Origin: Lingula anatina
Taxonomy: Eukaryota; Animalia; Brachiopoda
Length of the DNA: 64,000 nucleotides
Assembly (NCBI GenBank): GCA_051362555.1
Contig: CM120645.1
Location: forward strand, 17,546,001-17,610,000
Reading direction: 5' to 3'
In this document: piece by piece, positions 1 to 12,371 of the stretch
Layout of the letters: each line of letters opens with the position of its first letter
Numbering within the stretch: the first letter of the stretch is position 1
Notes under the pieces: generated by a model
Database searches by the model: none
Seen by the model: the letters and a program-made list of their open reading frames with translations, nothing else
Told to the model about the DNA's origin: nothing
Program-made: the position numbers and the translations under genes

Positions 1-216
1 GAATCAGTTCACCAAAAAAGCCATCACGCTGTATGGAAAAGGTCACCTGGAAAAAGAACAATATGTTTGATAAAAGTGAAAATTAAATTCTAAAAATTGA
101 CAAATTTCCCACACTTAAATATTTGAACAATAATTTTGATTAACTTAACCTAAACAGTTGACTATGTCTAATAAAAAGTACATTTTCAGAACATATTAAT
201 TTGAGAAATACTGAAA

Positions 217-410
217 ATGACATTGAAAAGACTGCCAAATTCCATGGCTTGAAATAGTTAAACGTTAATAATTTTCACAAATCTTGTCCAATATTTGTGA
301 AATTTGGACAGATGATACATAACAATAATAAAAATCAGTGATAAGCTCATCAGTTGACTGCGTCTCATGAAAAACATTTTTTAAAGCATATAAATGTGAG
401 AAAACTGAAA
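217..410 (+). repeat. Representative 194-bp AT-rich satellite monomer
   Basis: 'atgacattgaaaagactg' starts at 217 and again at 411 (period 194). Core: ...gttaaacgttaataattttcacaaatcttgtcYaatatttgtgaaatttggaYagatgatgcataac...tgtgataagctcatcagttgac. Repeated head-to-tail throughout the window. Confidence 0.97.
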
Positions 411-1716
411 ATGACATTGAAAAGACTGCCAAATTCCATGGCTTGAAATAGTTAAACGTCAATAATTTTCACAAATCTTGTCTAATATTTGTGAAATTTG
501 GACAGATGATGCATAACAACGATAAAAATCTGTGATAAGCTCATCAGTTGACTGTGTCTCATGAAAAAGATTTTTTTGGACAATAAAATTGAGAAAACAG
601 AAAATGACATTGAAAAGACTGCAAAATGCGGTGCCTTAAAATAGTTAAACGTTAATAATTTTCACAAATCTTGTTCAAGATTTGGGAAATTTGGACAGAT
701 GATGCATAACAATAATAAAAATCTGTAATAAGCTCATCAGTTGACTATGTCTCATCAAAAACATTTTTCAGAGCATATAAATGTGAGAAAACTGAAAATG
801 ACATTGAAAAGACTGCCAAATTCCATGGCTTAAATTAGTTAAACGTTAATAATTTTCACAAATCTTGTCTTATATTTGTGAAATTTGGATAGATGATGCA
901 TAACAATAATAAAAATCTGTGATAAGCTCATCAGTTGACTGCGTCTCATGAAAAACATTTTTTAAAACATATAAATGTGAGAAAACTGAAAATGACATTG
1001 AAAAGACTGCAAAATTCCATGGCTTAAAATAGTTAAATGTTAATAATTTTCACAAATCTTGTCTAATATTTGTGAAATTTGGATAGATGATGCATAACAA
1101 CAATAAAAATCTGTGATGAGCTCATCAGTTGACTGTGTCTCATGAAAAAGATTTTTTTTGGACAATTAATTTGAGAAAACTGAAAATAACACTGAAACGA
1201 CTGCCAAATTCCATGGCTTAAAATAGTTAAACGTTAATAATTTTCACAAATCTTGTTCAAGATTTGTGAAATTTGGACAGATGATGCATAACAATAATAA
1301 AAATCTGTAATAAGCTCATCAGTTGACTATGTCTCATGAAAAACATTTTTCAGAGCATATAAATGTGAGAAAACTAAAAATGACATTGAAAAGACTGCCA
1401 AATTCCATGGCTTAAAATAGTTAAACGTTAATAATTTTCACAAATCTTGTCTAATTTTTGTGAAATTTGGACAAATGATGTATAACAACAATACAAATCT
1501 GTGATAATATGTGATAAGCTCATCAGTTGACTGTGTCTCATTTAAAAGATTTTTTTGGACAATAAATTTGAGAAAATTGAAAATGACACTGAGAAGACTG
1601 CAAAATGCGGTGCCTTAAAATAGTTAAACGTTAATAATTTTCACAAAACTTTTTCAATATTTGTGAAAGTTGGAGAGATGATGCTTAACAATAACAAAAA
1701 TCTGTGATAAGCTTAA

Positions 1717-2274
1717 CAGTTGACAGTGTGTGATAGAATTGTAGTTGATTGACATTTTGTATGCGAAGATTGAGAATTATCTACAATATTTCTTTTTCAA
1801 TTTCACAACATCTAATTAGACTCACATTAAACATCAAATATTATGATTTGAGTTTGTTTGTGTAAGAGGTGACAAATTACCCATAATTGTCCTCTGGAAA
1901 AGAATATATACCCATTTAAGACATCTCCTTACTACCAATACCAGATGCAGATTCCTCCTTACAATCGGTTTCTGGAATAGGGTTTAGCACACCATTTGAC
2001 AATGTCCTAAAGCTTGCCATATACCATCTATTGAACACATGGATGAGACATAGCATTGCTCTTGCTGTTGTCTTTTGCTGTCTGTTTTTTCTATAGGAAT
2101 TAGCCCTGACCAGACAGGAAGAATCAGTTCACCAAAAAAGCCATCACGCTGTATGGAAAAGGTCACCTGGAAAAAGAACAATATGTTTGATAAAAGTGAA
2201 AATTAAATTCTAAAAATTGACAAATTTCCCACACTTAAATATTTGAACAATAATTTTGATTAACTTAACCTAAA
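1717..2274. repeat. Representative ~558-bp spacer of the composite unit (unique core ~1790-2165, edges resemble decayed monomer)
   Basis: Bounded by the monomer motif 'cagttgac' at 1717 and 2275. Near-identical in all 29 copies. Carries the recurrent 65-aa minus-strand ORF of the track. Confidence 0.93.
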
Positions 2275-5037
2275 CAGTTGACTATGTCTAATAAAAAGGA
2301 CATTTTCAGAACATATTAATTTGAGAAATACTGAAAATGACATTGAAAAGACTGCCAAATTCCATGGCTTGAAATAGTTAAACGTTAATAATTTTCACAA
2401 ATCTTGTCCAATATTTGTGAAATTTGGACAGATGATACATAACAATAATAAAAATCAGTGATAAGCTCATCAGTTGACTGCGTCTCATGAAAAACATTTT
2501 TTAAAGCATATAAATGTGAGAAAACTGAAAATGACATTGAAAAGACTGCCAAATTCCATGGCTTGAAATAGTTAAACGTTAATAATTTTCACAAATCTTG
2601 TCTAATATTTGTGAAATTTGGACAGATGATGCATAACAACGATAAAAATCTGTGATAAGCTCATCAGTTGACTGTGTCTCATGAAAAAGATTTTTTTGGA
2701 CAATTAATTTGAGAAAACTGAAAATAACACTGAAACGACTGCCAAATTCCTTGGCTTAAAGTAGTTAAACGTTAATAATTTTCACAAATCTTGTCTTATA
2801 TTTGTGAAATTTGGATAGATGATGCATAACAACAATAAAAATCTGTGATAAGCTCATCAAATGACTGTGTCTCATAAAAAATATTTTTTTGGACAATAAA
2901 ATTGAGAAAACAGAAAATGACATTGAAAAGACTGCAAAATGCGGTGCCTTAAAATAGTTAAACGTTAATAATTTTCACAAATCTTGTCTAATTTTTGTGA
3001 AATTTGGATAGATGATGTATAACAACAATACAAATCTGTGATAAGCTCATCAGTTGACTGTGTCTCATTTAAAAGATTTTTTTGGACAATAAATTTGAGA
3101 AAATTGAAAATGACACTGAGAAAACTGCAAAATGCGGTGCCTTAAAATAGTTAAACGTTAATAATTTTCACAAAACTTTTTCAATATTTGTGAAAGTTGG
3201 AGAGATGATGCTTAACAATAACAAAAATCTGTGATAAGCTTAACAGTTGACAGTGTGTGATAGAATTGTAGTTGATTGACATTTTGTATGTGAAGAGTGA
3301 GAATTATCTACAATTTTTTTTTTTCAATTTCACAACATCTAATTAGACTCACATTAAACATCAAATATTATGATTTGAGTTTGTTTGTGTAAGAGGTGAC
3401 AAATTACCCACAATTGTCCTCTGGAAAAGAATATATACCCATTTAAGACATCTCCTTACTACCAATACCAGATGCAGATTCCTCCTTACAATCGGTTTCT
3501 GGAATAGGGTTTAGCACACCATTTGACAATGTCCTAAAGCTTGCCATATACCATCTATTGTACACATGGATGAGACATAGCATTGCTCTTGCTGTTGTCT
3601 TTTGCTGTCTGTTTTTTCTATAGGAATTAGCCCTGACCAGACAGGAAGAATCAGTTCACCAAAAAAGCCATCACGCTGTATGGAAAAGGTCACCTGGAAA
3701 AAGAACAATATGTTTGATAAAAGTGAAAATTAAATTCTAAAAATTGACAAATTTCCCACACTTAAATATTTGAACAATAATTTTGATTAACTTAACCTAA
3801 ACAGTTGACTATGTCTAATAAAAAGTACATTTTCAGAACATATTAATTTGAGAAATACTGAAAATGACATTGAAAAGACTGCCAAATTCCATGGCTTGAA
3901 ATAGTTAAACGTTAATAATTTTCACAAATCTTGTCCAATATTTGTGAAATTTGGACAGATGATACATAACAATAATAAAAATCAGTGATAAGCTCATCAG
4001 TTGACTGCGTCTCATGAAAAACATTTTTTAAAGCATATAAATGTGAGAAAACTGAAAATGACATTGAAAAGACTGCCAAATTCCATGGCTTGAAATAGTT
4101 AAACGTCAATAATTTTCACAAATCTTGTCTAATATTTGTGAAATTTGGACAGATGATGCATAACAACGATAAAAATCTGTGATAAGCTCATCAGTTGACT
4201 GTGTCTCATGAAAAAGATTTTTTTGGACAATTAATTTGAGAAAACTGAAAATAACACTGAAACGACTGCCAAATTCCATGGCTTAAAGTAGTTAAACGTT
4301 AATAATTTTCACAAATCTTGTCTTATATTTGTGAAATTTGGATAGATGATGCATAACAACAATAAAAATCTGTGATAAGCTCATCAAATGACTGTGTCTC
4401 ATAAAAAATATTTTTTTGGACAATAAAATTGAGAAAACAGAAAATGACATTGAAAAGACTGCAAAATGCGGTGCCTTAAAATAGTTAAACGTTAATAATT
4501 TTCACAAATCTTGTCTAATTTTTGTGAAATTTGGATAGATGATGTATAACAACAATACAAATCTGTGATAAGCTCATCAGTTGACTGTGTCTCATTTAAA
4601 AGATTTTTTTGGACAATAAATTTGAGAAAATTGAAAATGACACTGAGAAAACTGCAAAATGCGGTGCCTTAAAATAGTTAAACGTTAATAATTTTCACAA
4701 AACTTTTTCAATATTTGTGAAAGTTGGAGAGATGATGCTTAACAATAACAAAAATCTGTGATAAGCTTAACAGTTGACAGTGTGTGATAGAATTGTAGTT
4801 GATTGACATTTTGTATGTGAAGAGTGAGAATTATCTACAATTTTTTTTTTTCAATTTCACAACATCTAATTAGACTCACATTAAACATCAAATATTATGA
4901 TTTGAGTTTGTTTGTGTAAGAGGTGACAAATTACCCACAATTGTCCTCTGGAAAAGAATATATACCCATTTAAGACATCTCCTTACTACCAATACCAGAT
5001 GCAGATTCCTCCTTACAATCGGTTTCTGGAATAGGGT
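1984..5037. repeat. Two consecutive 1527-bp units (spacer + 5 monomers)
   Basis: Landmarks 1984, 3511 and 5038 are 1527 bp apart, with the same monomer variant order. Confidence 0.9.
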
Positions 5038-8000
5038 TTAGCACACCATTTGACAATGTCCTAAAGCTTGCCATATACCATCTATTGTACACATGGATGA
5101 GACATAGCATTGCTCTTGCTGTTGTCTTTTGCTGTCTGTTTTTTCTATAGGAATTAGCCCTGACCAGACAGGAAGAATCAGTTCACCAAAAAAGCCATCA
5201 CGCTGTATGGAAAAGGTCACCTGGAAAAAGAACAATATGTTTGATAAAAGTGAAAATTAAATTCTAAAAATTGACAAATTTCCCACACTTAAATATTTGA
5301 ACAATAATTTTGATTAACTTAACCTAAACAGTTGACTATGTCTAATAAAAAGTACATTTTCAGAACATATTAATTTGAGAAATACTGAAAATGACATTGA
5401 AAAGACTGCCAAATTCCATGGCTTGAAATAGTTAAACGTTAATAATTTTCACAAATCTTGTCCAATATTTGTGAAATTTGGACAGATGATACATAACAAT
5501 AATAAAAATCAGTGATAAGCTCATCAGTTGACTGCGTCTCATGAAAAACATTTTTTAAAGCATATAAATGTGAGAAAACTGAAAATGACATTGAAAAGAC
5601 TGCCAAATTCCATGGCTTGAAATAGTTAAACGTTAATAATTTTCACAAATCTTGTCTAATATTTGTGAAATTTGGACAGATGATGCATAACAACGATAAA
5701 AATCTGTGATAAGCTCATCAGTTGACTGTGTCTCATGAAAAAGATTTTTTTGGACAATTAATTTGAGAAAACTGAAAATAACACTGAAACGACTGCCAAA
5801 TTCCATGGCTTAAAGTAGTTAAACGTTAATAATTTTCACAAATCTTGTCTTATATTTGTGAAATTTGGATAGATGATGCATAACAACAATAAAAATCTGT
5901 GATAAGCTCATCAGTTGACTGTGTCTCATAAAAAATATTTTTTTGGACAATAAAATTGAGAAAACAGAAAATGACATTGAAAAGACTGCAAAATGCGGTG
6001 CCTTAAAATAGTTAAACGTTAATAATTTTCACAAATCTTGTCTAATTTTTGTGAAATTTGGATAGATGATGCATAACAACAATAAAAATCTGTGATAAGC
6101 TCATCAAATGACTGTGTCTCATAAAAAATATTTTTTGGACAATAAAATTGAGAAAACAGAAAATGACATTGAAAAGACTGCAAAATGCGGTGCCTTAAAA
6201 TAGTTAAACGTTAATAATTTTCACAAATCTTGTTCAAGATTTGTGAAATTTGGACAGATGATGCATAACAATAATAAAAATCTGTAATAAGCTCATCAGT
6301 TGACTATGTCTCATGAAAAACATTTTTCAGAGCATATAAATGTGAGAAAACTGAAAATGACATTGAAAAGACTGCCAAATTCCATGGCTTAAAATAGTTA
6401 AATGTTAATAATTTTCACAAATCTTGTCTAATTTTTGTGACATTTGGATAGATGATGTATAACAACAATACAAATCTGTGATAAGCTCATCAGTTGACTG
6501 TGTCTCATTTAAAAGATTTTTTTGGACAATAAATTTGAGAAAATTGAAAATGACACTGAGAAGACTGCAAAATGCGGTGCCTTAAAATAGTTAAACGTTA
6601 ATAATTTTCACAAAACTTTTTCAATATTTGTGAAAGTTAGAGAGATGATGCTTAACAATAACAACAAGGCAGCAAAGCTGTCAAATGTACAGACAAAAAA
6701 CAGGAAATAACTATGCACAAAATAGGCTACTGTCAATTCTGATGCAAAAGTACATTATGTTAAACTGCAAATTCAACATCAAATTTTAATTATGCTCAAC
6801 AGGTAATACCAATGTAAGTAAAATGTGTAACAAGCATAAGGCTTCAAGCCCATGGGAGTTCAAGTTCACACTTTGAAAATGTATAAGTTCCAGAAAAAGA
6901 AGCCAATTAGACTACTTTTCCAACTCAGGCTGCATTTTAGTCCTGTATTTCTTTTTGAAAGTTTGGCAATTATAAGTAACATGGTTTTCCCATAATGGTC
7001 ATCATGGCAGCAGCACCCAAAATTGTGTTTTCTTCTATTCTGATGCAATATTACATAATGGTTAATAGCCTAATGACCGTCAATTTTTAATAATAAAATA
7101 TACGTATCATGGATTTTCAGAAAATGTGACTAGCATGGGTCTTCAAGCCCGTGGAACTTCAAACTCACACCTTGAAAATGCCAATATGTGAAAAATTAAA
7201 TTTTCACAAAAAAACTGTTTAACTGGCAGTAAGAATTACCAAGCAGCCAAAAAGTAAAACTGCCTTCCACTTATCGTGTTTATAATGAAAGTGCACAGCG
7301 CCGGCGACAGCGACGACAGCCGTAGGTGATGGCAATATGTACAGACACATCTGTACATATTTACTGTACTGTTTGAGAACAGTAAGTGACATGGTTTTTC
7401 TTAAATGGTCATCATGGGAGCAGTGACCAAAATAGGTTTTTTTCAAATTTTGATGCAATATTACATAATGTTTAACAGCATAATGACCATCAATTTTTAA
7501 TAATAAAATATTAGTATCATGGATATTCAGAAACTGTGACTAGCAAAGGTCTTCAGGCCCATGGAACTTCAAAGTCACAACTTGAAAATGCCAAAATGTA
7601 AACAAGACAGCACTGTTCTGAAATGTTTTATTTCCATTTTTAACATTTTTTAACATAAAACAAAATTAACAGTTTACTGCCATTTTTATATGATCAACTA
7701 AGAAAATTGATGAGATGGGAAAAATATCAATAGAGCAGTGTTAAATGTCCAATTTCTTCCATTCTGAGATTCTGAACATAGTGAATGATTGAACCTGACA
7801 AACTGCAATGATATGAGTTTATTTCCATTTTTGAAACTTTATTACACAATACATGATAACAAGTTTACCATCATTTTTACAAAATCAACTAACAATGTTG
7901 TAAAGATGCAGGAAATGTCAAACAAACACTTTTACGTATCTTATTAATTAAATAATGAAACTGTTAACATGTCTAAGAATTGAATCTGAGGAAATGTGAA

Positions 8001-9369
8001 AAAACAGCATAACTTCTAAAATAATGGCCCGATTATGCTGATTTTTTTAACTCAACCTGTGTTTTAGCAGGATTGACCACTCCTGTGAGTTAATGACAAT
8101 TGGCCTGTCTGTTTTTCTTATATTGTGTTTACAATGTTGCATATATGCTGAAAAGTGAAAAAAAGCATAACTACTTAAATAGTGGCCTGATGATGACGGT
8201 TTTCGAACTTGACCTGCGTTTTAGTAAGATCGATTACTCCTGTGAGTTTCATGACAACAGGCCAATCGGTTTTCCTTGAAATGTGTTTACAATGTTGCAT
8301 ATATGCTGAAAAGTGAAAAAAACAGCATAATTTCTACAATAATGGCCCGATCATGCTGATTTTCGAACTTGACCTGCGTTTTATGAATATTCATCAGCTC
8401 TGTAAATATAAAGCCAAAAATTAAAACTGCCTTCCACTTATCATGTTTACAAGGAAAGTGCACGGCGCCGGCGACGGAAACGACAACGACAGACGCAGGT
8501 GATGGCAATATGTACAGACACATCTGTGTCTGTACATAATAATAAAATATTAGTATCATGGATATTCAGAAAATGTGACGAGAAAAGGTCTTCAGGACCA
8601 TGGAACTTCAAAGTCACACCTTGAAAATGCCAATATGTGACAAATTTAATTTTCACAAAAAACTGTTTAACTGCCAGAAAGAATTACCAAACAGACTGCA
8701 TTGCCTAATTAAACTGTATCTTAGTCCCATGTTTCTTTCCTGTAAGTTTGAGAACAGTAAGTGACATGGTTTTCCTTAAATGGTCATCATGGGAGCAGTG
8801 TCCAAAAAAGGGGTTTCTTCAAATTTTGATGCAATATTACATAATGTTTAACAGGGTAATAACCAGCAATTTTTAATAATAAAATATTAGTATCATGGAT
8901 ATTCAGAAAATGTGACAAGCAAAGGTCTTCAGGCCCATGGAACTTCAAAGTCACACCTTGAAAATGCCAAAATGTAAACAAGACAGCACTGTCCTGAAAT
9001 GTGTTTTTTTCCACTTTTAACAATTGTTTAACATATGACAAAATTAACAGTTTACTGCCATTTTTATATGATCAACTAAGAAAATTGATGACATGGGAAA
9101 AATATCAATAGAACAGTGTTTAATGTCCAATTTCCTCCATTCCGAGTTTCTGAACATAGTGAATGAATTAATCTGACAAACTGCAATGATATGAGTTTTT
9201 TTCCATTTTTGAAACTCTATTATACAATACATGATAACAAGTTTACCATCATTTTTACATAATCAACTAACAATGTTTTAAAGTTGCAGGAAATGTCAAA
9301 CAAACACATTTACATATCTTATTAGTTAAATAATGAGACTGTTAACATGCCTAAGAATTGAATCTGAGG

Positions 9370-9770
9370 AAATGTGAAAAAACAGCATAACTTTTAAAAT
9401 AATGGCCCCATTATGCTGATTTTCGAACTTGACCTGCGTTTTAGTAAGATTGATTACTAATGTGAGTTTCATGACAACAGGCCTATGGGTTTTCCTTGAA
9501 ATGTGTTAACAATGTTGCATATATGCTAAAAAGTGAAAAAACAGCATAACTACTAAAATAGTGGCCCGATCATGCCGATTTTCGAACTTGACCTGCGTTT
9601 TAGTAAGATTGATTACTCCTGTGAGTTTCATGACAACAGGCCTATCGGTTTTCCTTAAAATGTGTTAACAGGGTTGCATATATGCTGAAAAGTGAAAAAA
9701 CAGCATAACTTCTACAATAATGGCCCGATCATGCTGATTTTCGAACTTGACCTGTGTTTTATGAATATTC
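9370..9770 (-). repeat. ~158-bp internal tandem repeats of the HINE element (also ~7990-8390 and ~19110-19510)
   Basis: 'gattttcgaacttgacctg' recurs at ~9418, ~9577 and ~9736. Confidence 0.85.
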
Positions 9771-9841
9771 ATCAGCTCTGTAAATATAAAGCCAAAAAGT
9801 AAAACTGCCCTCCACTTATCGTGTTAACAAGGAAAGTGCAC

Positions 9842-9895
9842 GGCGCCGGCATCGGCGACGCCATCGGCATCGGCGACGACGGCGACGACAGACGC
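9842..9895. repeat. GC-rich (GGCATC/GCCATC/GAC) microsatellite next to the HINE terminal hairpin
   Basis: ggcgccggcatcggcgacgccatcggcatcggcgacgacggcgacgacagacg; length-variable homologues near 7300, 8465, 19580 and 20470. Confidence 0.85.
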
Positions 9896-12371
9896 AGGTG
9901 ATGGCAATATGTACAGACACATCTGTGTCTGTACATAAAAATCTGTGATAAGCTTAACAGTTGACAGTGTGTGATAGAATTGTAGTTGATTGACATTTTG
10001 AATGCGAAGAGTGAGAATTATCTACAATATTTTTTTTTCAATTTCACAACATCTAATTAGACTCACATTAAACATCAAATATTATGATTTGAGTTTGTTT
10101 GTGTAAGAGGTGACAAATTACCCATAATTGTCCTCTGGAAAAGAATATATACCCATTTAAGACATCTCCTTACTACCAATACCAGATGCAGATTCCTCCT
10201 TACAATCGGTTTCTGGAATAGGGTTTAGCACACCATTTGACAATGTCCTAAAGCTTGCCATATACCATCTATTGTACACATGGATGAGACATAGCATTGC
10301 TCTTGCTGTTGTCTTTTGCTGTCTGTTTTTTCTATAGGAATTAGCCCTGATCAGACAGGAAGAATCAGTTCACCAAAAAAGCCATCACGCTGTATGGAAA
10401 AGGTCACCTGGAAAAAGAACAATATGTTTGATAAAAGTGAAAATTAAATTCTAAAAATTGACAAATTTCCCACACTTAAATATTTGAACAATAATTTTGA
10501 TTAACTTAACCTAAACAGTTGACTATGTCTAATAAAAAGGACATTTTCAGAACATATTAATTTGAGAAATACTGAAAATGACATTGAAAAGACTGCCAAA
10601 TTCCATGGCTTGAAATAGTTAAACGTTAATAATTTTCACAAATCTTGTCCAATATTTGTGAAATTTGGACAGATGATACATAACAATAATAAAAATCAGT
10701 GATAAGCTCATCAGTTGACTGCGTCTCATGAAAAACATTTTTTAAAGCATATAAATGTGAGAAAACTGAAAATGACATTGAAAAGACTGCCAAATTCCAT
10801 GGCTTGAAATAGTTAAACGTTAATAATTTTCACAAATCTTGTCTAATATTTGTGAAATTTGGGTCTCATGAAAAACATTTTTTAAAGCATATAAATGTGA
10901 GAAAACTGAAAATGACATTGAAAAGACTGCCAAATTCCATGGCTTGAAATAGTTAAACGTTAATAATTTTCACAAATCTTGTCTAATATTTGTGAAATTT
11001 GGACAGATGATGCATAACAACAATAAAAATCTGTGATAAGCTCATCAGTTGACTGTGTCTCATGAAAAAGATTTTTTTGGACAATTAATTTGATAAAACT
11101 GAAAATAACACTGAAACGACTGCCAAATTCCATGGCTTAAAATAGTTAAACGTTAATAATTTTCACAAATCTTGTCTAATATTTGTGAAATTTGGATAGA
11201 TGATGCATAACAATAATAAAAATCTGTGATAAGCTCATCAGTTGACTGCGTCTCATGAAAAACATTTTTTAAAGCATATAAATGTGAGAAAACTGAAAAT
11301 GACATTGAAAAGCCTGCAAAATTCCATGGCTTAAAATAGTTAAACGTTAATAATTTTCACAAATCTTGTCTAATATTTGTGAAATTTGGACAGATGATGC
11401 ATAACAATAATAAAAATCTGTAATAAGCTCATCAGTTGACTATGTCTCATGAAAAACATTTTTCAGAGCATATAAATGTGAGAAAACTGAAAATGACATT
11501 GAAAAGACTGCCAAATTCCATGGCTTAAAATAGTTAAACGTTAATAATTTTCACAAATCTTGTCTAATTTTTGTGAAATTTGGACAAATGATGTATAACA
11601 ACAATACAAATCTGTGATAAGCTCATCAGTTGACTGTGTCTCATTTAAAAGATTTTTTTGGACAATAAATTTGAGAAAATTGAAAATGACACTGAGAAGA
11701 CTGCAAAATGCGGTGCCTTAAAATAGTTAAACGTTAATAATTTTCACAAAACTTTTTCAATATTTGTGAAAGTTGGAGAGATGATGCTTAACAATAACAA
11801 AAATCTGTGATAAGCTTAACAGTTGACAGTGTGTGATAGAATTGTAGTTGATTGACATTTGGTATGCAAAGAGTGAGAATTATCTACAATATTTTTTTTC
11901 AATTTCACAACATCTAATTAGACTCACATTAAACATCAAATATTATGATTTGAGTTTGTTTGTGTAAGAGGTGACAAATTACCCACAATTGTCCTCTGGA
12001 AAAGAATATATACCCATTTAAGACATCTCCTTACTACCAATACCAGATGCAGATTCCTCCTTACAATCGGTTTCTGGAATAGGGTTTAGCACACCATTTG
12101 ACAATGTCCTAAAGCTTGCCATATACCATCTATTGTACACATGGATGAGACATAGCATTGCTCTTGCTGTTGTCTTTTGCTGTCTGTTTTTTCTATAGGA
12201 ATTAGCCCTGACCAGACAGGAAGAATCAGTTCACCAAAAAAGCCATCACGCTGTATGGAAAAGGTCAGCTGGAAAAAGAACAATATGTTTGATAAAAGTG
12301 AAAATTAAATTCTAAAAATTGACAAATTTCCCCACACTTAAATATTTGAACAATAATTTTGATAAACTTAA

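Larger units (their letters stand above)
6663..9936 (-). mobile_element. Non-autonomous Helentron/HINE (DINE-1-like) element, composite, copy 1 (3274 bp)
   Basis: The empty site 'cttaacaataac|aaaaatctgtg' is seen in other units; insertion is into an A/T run with no clear TSD. The right end (element 5') has a perfect 13-bp stem-loop atgtacagacaca-tc-tgtgtctgtacat (9909-9936) next to a GC-rich microsatellite. The left end (3') has subTIR atgtacagaca (6685-6695) plus a short palindrome ggcagc-aaa-gctgtc (6668-6682). Internal ~158-bp and ~300-bp tandem repeats; no Rep/helicase ORF. Confidence 0.85.

Noticed and set aside
217-410. CENP-B box in the monomer
   Set aside because: No match to TTCGnnnnAnnCGGG was seen on either strand.
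265-462. Short ORFs within the 194-bp monomers (also 3912, 24789, 53537, 55252, 61368, 63083, 63179)
   Set aside because: Chance frames in satellite DNA; 194 is not a multiple of 3, and they appear only where SNPs remove stops.
1984-2181. Recurrent 65-aa ORF (MFFFQVTFSIQRDG...) as a tandem gene family
   Set aside because: Non-ATG start within an acceptor-like pyrimidine tract, no recognisable domain, and interrupted by TGG>TGA in 11 of 29 copies. Its recurrence simply reflects the repeat.
1717-2274. Spacer as a tandem tRNA, 5S, snRNA, spliced-leader or histone gene unit
   Set aside because: No cloverleaf, A/B or C box, known snRNA or SL sequence, or histone frame was recognisable by eye. 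An Infernal/Rfam scan would be needed to exclude this fully.
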